Shown here in pieces: positions 1 to 13,558 of a stretch of 64,000 nt of DNA. The DNA comes from Eledone cirrhosa (taxonomy: Eukaryota). The translations under genes and the position numbers were made by a program. The stretch covers positions 282,968,001-283,032,000 of the forward strand of contig OZ024743.1 in NCBI GenBank assembly GCA_964016885.1, written 5' to 3'. The notes beneath the pieces were generated by a model. That model did not search any database and had not been told where the DNA came from. It saw only the letters and a list, made by a program, of their open reading frames with translations. Every line of letters begins with the position of its first letter. Position 1 is the first letter of the stretch.

Positions 1-124
1 GTACACACACATACATAAAAATACAAATACATAGGCTTATAAATTATCACATGAACTTACATATCAAAACTGAATTCTTGTACGTTTGTTATTAGAGGCT
101 GAAAAAAATCAAAACACCTCAAAC

Positions 125-975
125 ATCAGAATATCTTTGTATAAGAAAACAAGACTCTGATTCCACCCGGGAAATGGCCAAGGAGTTGGCATAAACTCTA
201 AAGAATGTACACAATGCAGATCTTGGGTACACAAGAGGTGTAGTGGGATAGTAAGCAAACTAACAGGAAAGGAAAACTTCATATGTAATAGATGTTCAGG
301 GAAAATTGATAGTTGAAGTGTCAGTGATAGGCACATTTTTCAAACGCAGGTAGGATAGAGGTGGTTGATAGTTTCTGGTATCTAGGTGAGCAAATTAGCA
401 AGGGAGGAGGATGCTCCGAGGCCAGAGTATCTAGAATAAGGACAGGATGGAAGAAGTTTAGGGAGCTGCTCCCTCTGTTGACAATGAAGGGTTTCTCCCT
501 ACGAATGAAAGGTCGGTTGTATGATGCCTGTGTGAGATGCGTGATACTGCATGGTAGTGAGACATGGGCAGCAACTGCAGAGGATATGCGAAAGCTGGAA
601 AGAAAGGAAGCAAGCAAGCTCCGATGGATGTGCAATGTCAATGTGCGTGAACAACCAAGCATGGATGAGTTAAGAGTGAAACTGTGTATAAGAGGAATAA
701 ACTGTAGTGTGCAGGAGAGAAGACTTGTATGGCTATGTGAGGCATATGGAAAATGACCGCTGGGTGAAGAAGTGCCAAGAAATCCCGGTGGAAGGAAGAC
801 GCAGTAGAGGAAGACCACAAAGAACATGGGCGGAGATGGTGAGAACTGACCTCAGATTGCTGAAGCTCACAGAGGAGATAGCAAAAGGCCGTGGCGAATG
901 GAGAGGTGCTGTCCCAGCCTTGCAAGCAAGGAAAAGCGGACGTAAAATGATGATGATGATGATGACAATGATGAT
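125..975 (+). mobile_element. RTE-clade LINE 3' fragment (PHD-containing RT family), degenerate, (GAT)n tail
   Basis: ORFs 361-756 and 707-997 (FWYLG, GWKKFRELLPLL, LHGSETW, RGRPQRTW) are homologous to 38233-39623; CxxC/HKRC remnants at 205-300; ends gcaagcaaggaaaagcggacgtaaaatgatgatg. Confidence 0.9.
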
Positions 976-989
976 ATATGTGTCAACAT

Positions 990-1745
990 ATATGTGATGC
1001 ATATGGATGATAAATGCTTTGTAAAGAAATGCAAGGTGATGCCAGTAGAAGGATGCTGTTATAGAGGAGGACTGAGAAAAATCTGAGCAGAAGTGGTTAG
1101 AGTTGATCTCAAAATGTTGAACCTCACAATGGAGATGACAAAAGCATGATACAAGTGGAGGGAGGCTGTACTGAAAAAGACCCATCCAACCGATGCAAGC
1201 AAGGAAAAGCAGATGCTCTCCTCCTTCATCGTCCCTTACATTAAGTGGTTTCACACCTTGTTTGGGACTTTCGAAAAAGAAAAAAATGTGCTCCACAAAG
1301 AGAGACAGAAATATAAGCACACACATAATAGCATAGAAACATGTAGTGTGCATGTATGAATTTATATACACACAGACATGTAAATCCTATAAATGAATAT
1401 ATGCACACTGCTACACACATACACAAACTATAGGCGTTTATATGAAATTATACACATATGTACATGAATGACATAGCATAAATAAACTTGGTACTAGAGG
1501 AATTAGATGTAGTGTGCAGCAAGAGAGAAGACTGTTAGCACATACATGTGATGTGTAAGGAAGATGACAGGTGTATAAATAAGTGTAGGGCTATCAAAGT
1601 GGAGATGACCTATGGAAGAAGTAGACCCAGAAAGACATTGAATAAAGTGAAGATTGGTTTTATGAAGTTAAACCTCATGACAGGGATGACAAAAAAACAG
1701 AAAACTAGAGATGACCTGCTCACATAAAAGCATGATGACCTATAC
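990..1745 (+). mobile_element. Two older, decayed RTE 3'-end fragments (about 990-1215 and 1485-1745)
   Basis: Degenerate matches to the RTE C-terminus (gagagaagactg, gaagtagacccagaaagacattg) and 3' UTR (acccatccaaccgatgcaagcaaggaaaagc). Confidence 0.7.
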
Positions 1746-1782
1746 CCACCTTTTCCCATTTCTACTGTATTATCTGCTACAC

Positions 1783-2660
1783 TCAGAAAGTACAATAACT
1801 AGGGTAAGAATGTCAGAAAGTACAATAACTAGGGTAAGAACGGGATGGAAGAAGTTTAGGGAACTACTACCACTGCTAGCTGCAAAAGGCTTCTCCCTCA
1901 GAATGAAAGGCAGACTGTATGATGTGTGTATCCGAACAGCGATGTTGCATGGTAGTGAGACCTGGGCGCTGAAGGTGGAAGACTTACGTAGATTAGAGAG
2001 AAACGAAGCCTGCATGCTCCGATGGATGTGTAACAGTAATATACGTGAACAACAAAGCATAAATGAATTGAGAGAGAGAGACTGAGCATAAGAGGAATCA
2101 AATGCTGTGTGCAGGAGAGGCGGTTGCGCTGGTATGGACATGTGATGCGTATGAAGGATGACAGCTGCATAAAAAGGTGCAGAGCACTAGAAGTTGATGG
2201 AAACCGCGGAGTGGGGAGACCCAAGATGACCTGGGATGAGGTGATAAAAGCCAACCTTACCCAATTACACCTCTCAAAGACAATGACACACGACCGTGAC
2301 CTCTGGCGTCACACAGTAATACAGAGTACCCGACCTCCCATGGGTACAAGCTGAAGCATATAGACAATATGCCCCCACACCCCCCCACCACAAGGTGGTC
2401 GTGGAGGTGCCACGGCAAAAAAGCACCCAGCCCACACTGTAAAGTGGACATGTAGGCGCCACGAAAAAGCACCCAGCACTCACTGTAAATGAGGTTGGTG
2501 TTAGGAAGGGCTTCCAGCTGCAGAAATCAAGCCAGATCAGTTCCTGTATGAGCAAGGCATGGTCAGCCGACCAGACACTGCCCACAACAGGACAACCCGT
2601 CTAACCCATGCTAGCGTGGAAGAACAGACGTAAAACGGTGATGATGATGATGATGATGAC
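1783..2660 (+). mobile_element. RTE LINE 3' portion with complete 3' UTR and (GAT)n tail
   Basis: ORFs 1711-2085 and 2109-2354 (RRLRWYGHVMRM...GRPKMTW); 30-bp tandem duplication at the 5' truncation point (1783-1840); 3' UTR shared with SINE family A. Confidence 0.9.
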
Positions 2661-3394
2661 TCATATACCCTCCAAGGCTCACTCTCACCTATCCAATTTA
2701 TTCTCTGTGCCACAGCCATGTAGCAGGGTGTGACATTTGGTTTTTTCATATTCAAACCTTCCACCATCCTTCTTTAGTATTATTCTCATCCTCACTTTAC
2801 TCCTCCACTCTCTCCTTCATTACTCCACTTCTTTCATATCATTCCGTTTCATCCCATTACACTCATCATACACCTCAGTTTTGTCTTAATCACACACCAC
2901 CCATCTACTCTCACTCTTGAACATATTTGCCTTGGAATAAGGCAACATCTCCTGTGTTGCTAATACTATAAAATTCACATGGTACCTTCCAGCACATTCA
3001 ACCAATAACAACATAGGGTAGAGGGAGCTCTTCACTCAAGTCAACAAACTGATAACTTCCCTAGTGCCATGATAAAACACACACAATACACTGTAAAGTA
3101 GTTGATGTTAGGATGAACACACGGCTAGAGAAACCATGCAAAAAAGGGTTCAGATGACTCTTTAGTCACTGTACGAACATAATAACCTCTAAAAGGGCAT
3201 CTAGCCATAAAAACTCTACCAAACAAAGGGTGGTGAGGACTCTTTAGTTGTGTCAAAGACAATAAAATACACCTAGTACACTCAGTAAAGTGGTTGATAT
3301 TAAGAAGGGTATCTAGTCATAGAAACTATGCCAAAACAAAGGGCCTAGTGTTGGTGCCATGATAAAATGCATCCACTATACTGAGCAATGCCAC

Positions 3395-4360
3395 TTCCCT
3401 CATGAAATCAGAATCTTGTTTTTTTTCCTACTTACTAAAACTTTGCCAAGTTTACTCTGATCCCTTTCATTTTAAGTTCTGTTTCCAAAAGAATTTCTTT
3501 TCTAGTTATTCTATTGATTTGGTAATCAATCTTAAACTCTTTATGACCTAGAAAAGTATAAACAGGAAGAGGCTGAAGACAGCCCTGATAAACATTTACC
3601 CGTATATTGAATTCCTCGCTAATATCATTGACTATTCTTACATTACTGACAACATCTCTACATGGCTTTCCCTGCTCTCTCAAGTCACTCATCTATATCC
3701 AGTTTCCTTAGGGACCTCCAACTAACAGGTCATGGTACTCTGTCAAAAGCCTTCTCTAGATCTACAAATATCAGCTTGCACTTAGCTAGGAACTTTTCAT
3801 GTAGTTGTCTCACTAAGAAGAGAGCATCTGTGGTACACCTTCTTGACACAAAGCCAAACTGCACCTCATCTACATTTGTTACAATTATTGATTGTACTGC
3901 TATGTCAGTCATTGGGTATAATACCATCATATATTATCTGAACATCATGCCTTTGATCCTCATGGCACAACATTGGCAAACTTCCTGCTTACAGCTTTCT
4001 GTGTGCTGTGAAGACCTGTCATCTAACTTCCCTTTTAACTACTTGATATTATTATTTGCTGCCCTCATTTTCCAGTCATTCCATACCTGACTTTTAGCTC
4101 TAATGGCTCAATCAACAGAAATGTTCCACCACCATGTCACTTGTCTGGTTAATACCTTGTTCCAACCACAGATCTTGTCTAGCCTGCAGCAGAGCGTCTT
4201 GGAACTTCCAATTAACCTCTATGTCATATGTTTCTCTCCCTTCATCTTTTGTCATACATAATATGTAGAGCTTTTCTGAACCTATCTTTAACAGAGAGGT
4301 CCTTTAACTTCCATACCTTCCTTCTCCAGATTGCCCAGCATTTCTGATTTCATCTGATTA
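3395..4360 (-). mobile_element. Decayed RTE LINE RT fragment
   Basis: QFGFVSRRCTTDALFLVRQLHEK...FVDLEKAFDRVP (3730-3930) and KGIRVNLAK (3435-3692), both broken. Confidence 0.85.
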
Positions 4361-4529
4361 TTATTCTGATGTCACTAATAATACATATATAAATACAAAA
4401 CATGATAAATATTTATTCAACAACAGATTTGTTAGCACTTTATGATCATCTAATGGATGGTCAACTCTATTCACTTCAATTGATAAGGGAACTGATGTTA
4501 CAACATTTCCTAGAGACATAAATGAAGTA

Positions 4530-5030
4530 CCAGATATACCAGCATACAAGTTGATATTTGGAGCCTAAAAATATCTCTCCAAAACCAGGGGTCGACTTGT
4601 TCACCGAATATAAAATGTGAACCTTTACCACTGAGGGGTAAACAGTGAAACTGCTTGCCTAACACTTGTTGTACACCACTTACCATAACTTTAGCTGCCC
4701 ACCACAATTATTTCCTACTGAATCTCATATTTGTTAAGTCTATTTAATGTAGGGATTATAATAATATCAATGACTTGCTGTAGCTCATAGGGTAAGTTAC
4801 CATAAGTTCGTTAAGGTTAGGCTAGGCTGGTTTACTCAGTGAGTCAGAACTCACTTGCGACTGAAGTGTTTTAGAAGAAATGTCTTAGCCTTTAGTGTGC
4901 CACTAAATCTTTTGAATTATTTCCCCTTCAACTGCCTTATCTGGCAAATATAGGCCTAAACCTGAATTACACCTCATAATTTTGGGGGTTGACCTATGTG
5001 CCAGATCGACTTGTAAGCCAGCATATATGG
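4530..5030. mobile_element. Tc1/mariner-pogo type MITE with TA TSD
   Basis: Imperfect TIRs TA|ccagatataccagcatacaagttga and tcgacttgtaagccagcatatatgg|TA; subterminal ggggtcgactt/ggggttgacct. Confidence 0.7.
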
Positions 5031-5084
5031 TATATAAGATGACTACTTGGGTCAGAATCCTGGTTTTACAATATATGTTCTCAG

Positions 5085-5270
5085 TAACTAAGATTTGATA
5101 TATACCAAATCTCTCTTAAATCACATCCTACCATCTTTTATAAGGAAAGGACACATTGAATAATGTGGTTGTTATCACACCCTAAAAGATGAGCTGGTCA
5201 TGATTTGAATAGCTTTGGTCATAGGGATACTCAATCATGGTTGACCGGGGGGCTAAACAAAAAACAGCAT
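5085..5270 (+). mobile_element. Dispersed SINE-like repeat family C (also about 7080-7240, 16105-16280 on minus, 53085-53225, 54630-54800)
   Basis: Recurring aaatctctcttaaatcacatcc...ataatgt...ggtcatg...ggctaaacaa. Confidence 0.65.
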
Positions 5271-7639
5271 TGAAGTTTTTGAAGTAATACATGTCATTGA
5301 TTCAGAGACTCATTTTGGTGATCAAAAGTAGATGAGACAACTACAAAATTTGTTATGGCTAAGCAATAGAGTGATTTCTCATGGCCTTTTTCATATAGGT
5401 GAAGAGTCTTGGAAGTGCTGCAAAGCTCTTGCTTCTGACTATGTGATAAAAAGAAGCTTATTTCAGTTTTCAAAGTACTAAAGCTTTAGGGAGATATCTC
5501 AATCTCTGAGCTAAGCTATTGTAGGTTTTACTTATTTGAGCTCAGCACTGCAATCTAATGAATCATCCATTAGACATTGTATTTAGTAAACATACAGGTG
5601 CACTGAGGTGGATTGAGCTAGTGAGAATGGGAAGTGGGGGTAATTTATCCAACACAACAGACTTCCAGTGATAGAATATGCATAATCATTTTTCTAATTA
5701 CTAGTATGGAGATCTATTGAACCAGCCAGCATTAAGTATGTTATTGAAAACATGCAAACGGGGAAAAAATAATTAATAATACAATAGCTGAATATTTACA
5801 ATAAGATCAGTTAAAATAAAAAGAACAATAAATAAATGAAAATATAAACAGTAAATAAAAGCCTATGTCAGACTCGACACATCCATTTGTAAGTTTTGCT
5901 GATAATGTGCACATCCACCACCCCACACACATTCTCTCTCCCCTCCTCTTTCTCTTACTCTCTCTCATTCACTCACTCACTATCTCATTCTCTCTCTCAC
6001 TTTATTCACAAAGTCCTGATTGATTGTCACTGTGTTATGATCATACAGCCAAACCACAATGCACTTCTTGTCCAGACGTAGTCCCCTATTTCCTTTTACT
6101 AGCGTTGCGTATTCTACACACACATGCACTCACACACACACACAATAAGAGCAGTAACAGCAACAGCAGCTCCATCAACAGACTAATAGCAAAGGCCTTA
6201 TTCCACACTCCATATGACATGCAATTTACACGACAAATCAATAAACCAGCTTTCAATCCACACAACACAGTCTATAGAGGCTAAGAGAACATAAGTGTGA
6301 GGAAAGGGGGGAAAGGTTGTTATTGATGATGATAAAGGTGAATGCCAGTTGAAAGTGTTGGCAACTATCGACTGAATTGAGAAAGGTAGGGAATATAGAG
6401 AGATTAATATTATAACGTGAATATACAAAATATAGAGTTAAACATACATAAAGAACTTAAAGATTACAGAGATAAAGTATACAGAAAATACAATGACGAT
6501 GTACAAAAACCAGCATCTCAGTGCCATTTTTTGTTTTATTCCTAACACCACACCACAAAAATGATAAACACTTAGTCTACTCTCTCATCCATAAGTATTC
6601 TTATTAAATATCAATTAACCATTCTAACCTTATAGCATTGCAGGTGCAGTGTTTCTTCAGATATAGATATATATATATTTCCTTGTGAAGAAGAGAAGCA
6701 GTACCCTATAGTCATTGTGGGCCTTTTTAGAGAGGAAAGGGCAAGCTAATTATCTTCAGCTTGAATTTGTTTTTTTGCATCAAGATCAAAAGGGGAAATG
6801 TATGTAAAATGGGAGTCTCATAAAGTTGGTCTCGGAGAAAAAAAATTAGATGAAGTATGGGATCTGTAAGGTAAGACTAACACATACAGAAGTAAATAAA
6901 TAAATAAATCCGATGTGTGTGTATTAGCAATACTAAAAAGCACTGACTTAATGTAAACACCATAATTTTCAGATAACCAAGTTAGCTTCACAATGTCAGC
7001 TATCTTATTTAGAGACAGAAAATACTTCAGTCCCAACCAAATTGCTAAGACATTATGTAACTTTTAATGAGATGTTGGATAATCTAATGAGGGAGTCTCC
7101 ACATGGTTACTCAACTGACTAGATATGGCAGCCAAATTTCACTTAAATCTGAACTAATTGTCATAAAAAAAGAAAAAAGGATGGTTATGATAAAAAGACA
7201 AGAACATTTTTTAAAGACAGGTCTGCTCCATCAGGGTTGATATTCTATTAGGTGAGAGTGGTCGATTACCCAATGGAATGTTGAGTAATTGCTAAAGACT
7301 TCATCTCTATGTAAAGGTGTCAAGAGTGAGTCACATTTCTGAGTCCATACCCTTCCAAGCTTTTACTACCATTGAAAATTGAAAGTATGATCAGTTAGTG
7401 AAATAAAATGGCTTAACTGAGAATCTTGCCTGTGTCACAACTTGGCTTGTCATTAACTTATCAACACTCTACAAAACTAGACATATAGTCAAATACAGAG
7501 GTTTTTAGTGCATAACTGGACCCCCAAAATATGAAAGAAAGGCTGTTTTCATAAAGGTCTCAGCAAAATGCACATCAAAAGAATTTCAGTAATTGTTTTC
7601 CTGCACTCACCCATTTTTACTACTTATTTTCTATATGAA

Positions 7640-8540
7640 TGGCCACTACATGGATAAGCTTAGAAAAAAAAACTTATAAAGATTTTCGAAGGGTTCGGCT
7701 TAAACATCATAATTACTACTAACTTAACCAAAGTCAACTTTCTGGACATCACTTTGGACCTCAAATAGGCAAGACCGATCCCTTTAGGTAGTCTAATGAG
7801 GAAACAGTATACATACATGGAAAGGCCAACCACCCCCAGATATAGTTAGGAACCTAGTGAGTGTGATTAGCAGAAGAATCTGTAGCTTATCATATGACAG
7901 AGATATCTTCAACAGGGCTACACCCTGTTATGAAACACTAGCAGGAAATGAATTTAAGGAAAAGTTAGCATATGTGGAGGACATCCCACTTATCCCAAAA
8001 GAGAAAATTAAGTTGGTTCAATCCTCCATTCAATCAAGACTTATCAACAAACAGAGCTAAGATCTCCCATTTCCTCATTAGACATGTTCCCAATAACCCC
8101 AAAGTCTTCAACTTCTATAGTTTAGCTATTCTTGTTTAGAATACATCACAGGATACAACAAATAGAAAATAGAAAAAAAAAAAAACATGCACCCATACAG
8201 ACCCTACCACATGCATGACACTGTAAGTGATAAAACTCTGCAAATTGTCTTCTGGAGGGATCTAGTCTCTCAAAGGCTGTGATCTACATAACCACTCTCA
8301 CCTCACCATATGGCATTCAGAGGAATTATATGGGTCTAACAGCCAATGAGATCAAAGGTAGATTTACCTAGTATGCATACTCCTTTAAGTGCAAGAACAG
8401 AAAAAGCTCTACCTCCTTATCTTGCTTTATCTGGAGGTTCTGGGATGAAGGGAGCAACATCTACATCAATCCTAGACAAGGCACCTATTTACCACAGTTA
8501 AGGGTCGCTACTGCCAGCTCTGCCTCTGTGAGAGATTGCA
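7640..8540 (+). mobile_element. Penelope-like retroelement remnant: RT C-terminus plus GIY-YIG endonuclease, pseudogenised
   Basis: Reading across frameshifts: KVNFLDITLDL...YIHGKANHP...ISRRICSLS...WFNPPFN...SYSC...VIY...YMGLTANEIKGRF...STSLSCFIW...CQLCLCE. Confidence 0.85.
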
Positions 8541-8959
8541 CATAGCACTTTAACATAAAGAGATTGATAAAATAAGCACCAGACTTGAAAATATATGTAC
8601 TGGAGTCGATACGATCAACTAAATCCCTTTCTAGGCAGTGCCCCAGCATAATGCAGTCTAATGAATGAATGAAATGAAATTTACAGCAGCGCATACCTAT
8701 GTAGGTTTAACTAGCCTCTTTAAAAGATGCATCTGATAGGTTTTTCAAATGTTTTACTGATAGGTACCCTAGTCCTATCATGAAAATCAACATGAAATGA
8801 AACATCTTACTCAAGAACACAATGTGCCATCCAATTCTGGAATCAAACCCAGAAACATGTTTGTGAGTCCAACACCCTAACCACTTTACTGAAACCAATT
8901 AAATAATAGTAACAGGATACCTCATGAGAACAATATATATATGTATATGTCTTATGGTA

Positions 8960-9188
8960 GCAAAGATGCATCCATAGGCGGTATGCCGGTTGAGCACTCT
9001 ATGCTCCTACGGAGCAGAGTATGATAAAATGGAAAACGAAGAATCAGTGATGCATCAGAACTCAATTTATTACATATTACAATTGTTTCACCGGCGAACA
9101 GATCGCACTTCGAGCTGTTCGCCAGGGAAACAATTCTAATACGTAATAAATTGAACTCCGATGCATCACTGATTCTTCGTTTTCCATT
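8960..9188 (-). mobile_element. Fold-back element with 3' half of a hammerhead (GAAACAATTGTA) and bulged tail hairpin
   Basis: Inverted arms 9028-9105 / 9109-9188; hairpin at 8995-9021; flanked by (TA)n. Confidence 0.75.
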
Positions 9189-9547
9189 ATATATATATAC
9201 AAATGTGAGGTATCAAAACATATCAAATATGTTTCATTTTGATGCTTCTCAATAAAAAACCTCAATAGACTTTGTCCAGAACTATAATAATTCAAAATTA
9301 AAAGATATATGTATATATAGAGAGAGAAGAGAGAGAAAGGACCATACATCCAAGAGAATACACAATATATTGTATATATATATGTGTGTGTGTGGTGTGT
9401 CAGGACAACGCCCTCAAAATTATATCAGGAGTTATGGGCCCTTGTCTTTCCATATCTATATATTTTGAAGCCAAAATCACTTGGTGCGCAGTCAGGATTT
9501 TACACCCCACTCTCCTTCTCTCTCTATATATATATATACATATATCA

Positions 9548-9883
9548 TTCATCATTTCATTTTACGTCCGCTTTTCCCTGCTTGCAAGGATGGGACGGGA
9601 ACTGATTCTGGCTTGATTTCTACAGCTGGATGCCCTTCCTAACACCAACCTCATTTACAGTGAGTGCTGGGTGCTTTTTTGCCGTGGCACCTCCACGACC
9701 ACTTTACAGTGGAATGATATGGACCCCAGTCCCTATCATCTCATTTCTACAGCTGAGTAAACTGGAGCAATGTGAAATAAAGTGTCTTGCTCAAGGAAAC
9801 AACACATCACCCGGTCTGAGAATTGAACTCACAATCTTTCGATTACAAGGCCAATGCTCTAACCACTAAGCCATATGCCTCCA
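9548..9883 (-). mobile_element. tRNA-headed CORE-like SINE family A with RTE-derived tail
   Basis: Reverse complement of 19328-19672; A box TGGCTTAGTGG, B box GAGTTCAATTC, ccttgagcaagacactt core. Confidence 0.9.
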
Positions 9884-10158
9884 TATATATATACATATAT
9901 ATATATACATATATATACATACATATATATATATACATATATATATACATATATATATATACATATATATATATACATATATATATATACATATATATAT
10001 ATACATATATATATATACATATATATATATACATATATATATATACATATATATATATACATATATATATACATATATATATATACATATATATATATAC
10101 ATATATATATATACATATATATATATACATATATATATATACATATATATATATATAC

Positions 10159-10213
<55 letters not shown>

Positions 10214-10282
10214 CATATATATATATACATATATATATATATACATATATATACATATATATATATATATACATATATATAC

Positions 10283-10313
<31 letters not shown>

Positions 10314-10314
10314 C

Positions 10315-10361
<47 letters not shown>

Positions 10362-10586
10362 CACATATATATATATACACATATATATATATATACATAT
10401 ATATATATACATATATATATACATATATATATATACATATATATATATACATATATATATATACATATATATATACATATATATATATACATATATATAT
10501 ACATATATATATATACATATATATATATACATATATATATATACATATATATATATACATATATATATACATATATATATATATAC

Positions 10587-10637
<51 letters not shown>

Positions 10638-10764
10638 CATATACATATATATACATACATATATATACATATATATATATACATATATATATATACATAT
10701 ATATACCTACATATATATACATATATATATATATACATATATATATATACATATATATACATAC

Positions 10765-10829
<65 letters not shown>

Positions 10830-10830
10830 C

Positions 10831-10861
<31 letters not shown>

Positions 10862-10862
10862 C

Positions 10863-10930
<68 letters not shown>

Positions 10931-10997
10931 ATATATATACATATATATATACACATATATATATATATATACATACATATATATATATATATATATA
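9884..10997. repeat. About 1.1-kb compound (TA)n/(TACA) microsatellite
   Basis: Direct sequence; source of the YI-repeat ORFs. Confidence 0.98.
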
Positions 10998-11527
10998 GGC
11001 TGTTCGTGGTTGGAAAACCAGAAATACTACTAATTAGAGAGGTATTTAATGCATTTTAAAATGCATAGTAGATACAGAAATGCAGCATGATCCATATTTG
11101 TGAAGTGGATGGGAGAAATTTGGTGTGCATTACTTTTGGGCTTGTTTTTCCAAGGATAGCCTCTCCCATCACCAATGTCATAAAGTCAGACATAAAATTG
11201 ACTACAGTATGTTTATGATAATAGATTGCATAATATGAAGTACATGTAAGAAGGTTTGCAAACTGATTGATGAATTAAAAGGACACAATATTGTACATCA
11301 GATTACACTTCTGAATACTGATGTCCACATATGTAGCTTTGCTTGAAAGTTCAGCCAGTAGACATGTAGGCAGCTGGTTGGCTTAAAGAGCCAATTCTGA
11401 AAGTACATTCTTTGAATAGTCAGTGATGGTCTTCTTTTGATATGAATAGGCAATCACTACACACAAACAATACACATAAAAAATGAACCTACTAAGACTT
11501 TGTTTTTGCATCTTAAAATATATATAT

Positions 11528-11647
11528 GGGTTCCAGGTTCAATTGAGGGTAACCACATCCTAGAACTGTTTCATTCGGAAGAAATTATCAGGGCTTTCCT
11601 GATGATTTCTTCTTCAGTTCTAGTCCTGTAGAAGTCATTTCTATATT

Positions 11648-11651
<4 letters not shown>
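11528..11651. mobile_element. Fold-back hammerhead element, same family as 59342-59536
   Basis: Plus strand: CTGATGA (11599-11605)...cagttctagtcctgTAgaag; minus strand: CTGATAA tttcttccgaat GAAA cagttctag; (TA)n on both sides. Confidence 0.8.
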
Positions 11652-11678
<27 letters not shown>

Positions 11679-11698
11679 TTCGATTTTACTAAGCCTCC

Positions 11699-11748
<50 letters not shown>

Positions 11749-12282
11749 CTCACTATGTTACTCCATTTCCTTCACATCACTGCTTTACCTCATGCTCCTC
11801 ATACGTCTCTGTTTCACTCTTCTATTCTCACACTCAAACAAATTTGCTTTGCAACAAGATAACCTCCCTAGTGTTGGTGTCATTATAAAATATACTCAGC
11901 ACTCTCCAAAAAGTGGTTGATATTCAACAACTCATGGCATGGAAAACTCTTGAATCAAGTCAACGATCTGATAACCTCTCTAGTGCTGGTTCCACAATAA
12001 AATGCTCACAGTACATTCTGTAAGTGGTTGGTGTCAGGAAGGGCATTCAGACATAGAAACCATGTCAAAAAGGGTTGAGAGGACATGCTTTCTAATGCTG
12101 GTGCCACAATAAAATGATCTTGTACACTCTGTAAATTGGTTGGCATTTGGAAGGGCATCCAGCTGTAGCAACTGAAACGTATGTGAGACATTACCCCCAG
12201 CCCGTCTAGGAAGACAGTAGCTCCAATTCACTCATGTAACACATGCCAACATGAAAAAAGTGACATACAAATTATGATAATA

Positions 12283-12491
12283 CAGGGTTTTTCAAAAGTC
12301 TGGCCCCGTATAAAATGTATATAACATTATAATTTCCGTTAAAAATTCATTGATTAGTTTTTATTAGTCTTTACATATTTACATTTATATCGTAACTGAT
12401 AAACTAATTGATACTTGATAAATTAAATACTGAAGTCCTCGTGGTTTCATTTAAAACTTTTCTTACGGGGCCAGACTTTTATGACATCCAG
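12283..12491. mobile_element. Tc1/mariner MITE
   Basis: TA|cagggtttttcaaaagtctggccccgta ... tacggggccagacttttatgacatccag|TA. Confidence 0.85.
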
Positions 12492-13104
12492 TATATTAAT
12501 TTTTTTCTGTGTCTATATATTAAACGATTATTATTGTACTGTACTTTTGGGTGTTCTATAAAAAGTCAGTATTAAACGGGATGGTGAGTTAAATTGGATA
12601 GTACATTTTCATGTAAAAATCTAATGAAAATAAAAATCTCTTAATTATATACATTATACAAAACTATTTTTTTAGTTACATGATTTTCATATGTAAATTA
12701 CGTATAGAAATAAACACTGCCCTTGCACAGGTGTAAATAATATTTATCCAGAGTAATTTTGATGTACACCTGGAAAATAAACGAGTTTAACAACAGCTAA
12801 ACTGTCGGTGAAATTGCATGTTTACAGGTTTCCTTTGAAGCTGTTGACTGAAAAGTCGATCGATAATAATGAAAAATTGCAGCAGCAGCAGTAATAATAA
12901 TAATGGTTTCTAACATGAACATAAAGCTACATATTTTGGGGGACGTATATAGTGGATTACACCAACAAAGTTCTTCAGTGTCACTGCCAACGCCGGAAGT
13001 ATGAATGGCAAAGTCAACCACAGTAGGATTTGAACTCAAAATGTAAAGGGTCATAACTAAATACAGCAAGGACTTTTGTCAGATGTTGCACTGAGTCTTA
13101 TTAA

Positions 13105-13285
13105 TAACAATAATGGTTTCTGATTTAGGCACAAGGCCAGCAATTTTAAGGGAGGGGAAAGTCGATTAAATCGACGCCCAGTGCGACACTGATACTTTAT
13201 TTTATCGACCCCATAAGGATGAAAGGCAAAGCCAACCTTGGCAGGATTTGAACTCAGAACAAAAAGAGCTATAACAAAATATTCT
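13105..13285 (-). mobile_element. SINE family B (central gcctttcatccttacggggtcgataaaataaagtaccag domain)
   Basis: Matches copies at 15600-15727, 24140-24318, 33417-33585, 35965-36088 (minus), 42226-42362 and 42980-43185 (minus). Confidence 0.85.
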
Positions 13286-13367
13286 AATTATAAAATACCA
13301 CTACTACTAATATAATAATGAATAACAAATAAACAAAATAAAAAAATAAAAATGGTACAACACTTAC

Positions 13368-13558
13368 GTCTGCAGTGATCCTTGCTGTTGCGGTGTATCG
13401 GAGTGGATGCTGCTACTAGAACCGATGAGATTAGTGAAGGTAGAAGATACCCGGTTAGCGTAGTTGTGTTGCCCACTACTACGAGGGCTTGACGATGAAA
13501 CATTCTGATGCTTACTCCAGATCTCTGTCAAAGTGGCCAAACTATGTCTATTCGACAT
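13368..13558 (-). CDS. Candidate first coding exon of an unidentified host gene
   Basis: Two overlapping open frames (MSNRHSLATL...QQQGSLQ from 13558; MFHRQALVVV...LVAASTPIHRNSKDHCR from 13503) run into a consensus donor AC|GTAAGT at 13368/13367; relatively GC-rich unique DNA. Confidence 0.45.

Noticed and set aside
4361-4549. Minus-strand exon candidate (NVVTSVPLSIEVNRVDHPLDDHK)
   Set aside because: No convincing donor, and a MITE sits about 15 nt from the putative acceptor
9630-9869. Recurrent 'MPFLTPTSFTV...' ORFs as a gene family
   Set aside because: Antisense translation of SINE/LINE 3' UTRs
9823-11059. 370-394 aa Tyr/Ile-rich ORFs (similar ones at 21.9, 25.2, 28.9, 55.3 and 59.5 kb)
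   Set aside because: Translations of (TA)n microsatellites that lack stop codons
12700-12850. Second exon for the 13.4-kb gene
   Set aside because: Acceptors exist, but phase-compatible frames hit stops or lack a good donor
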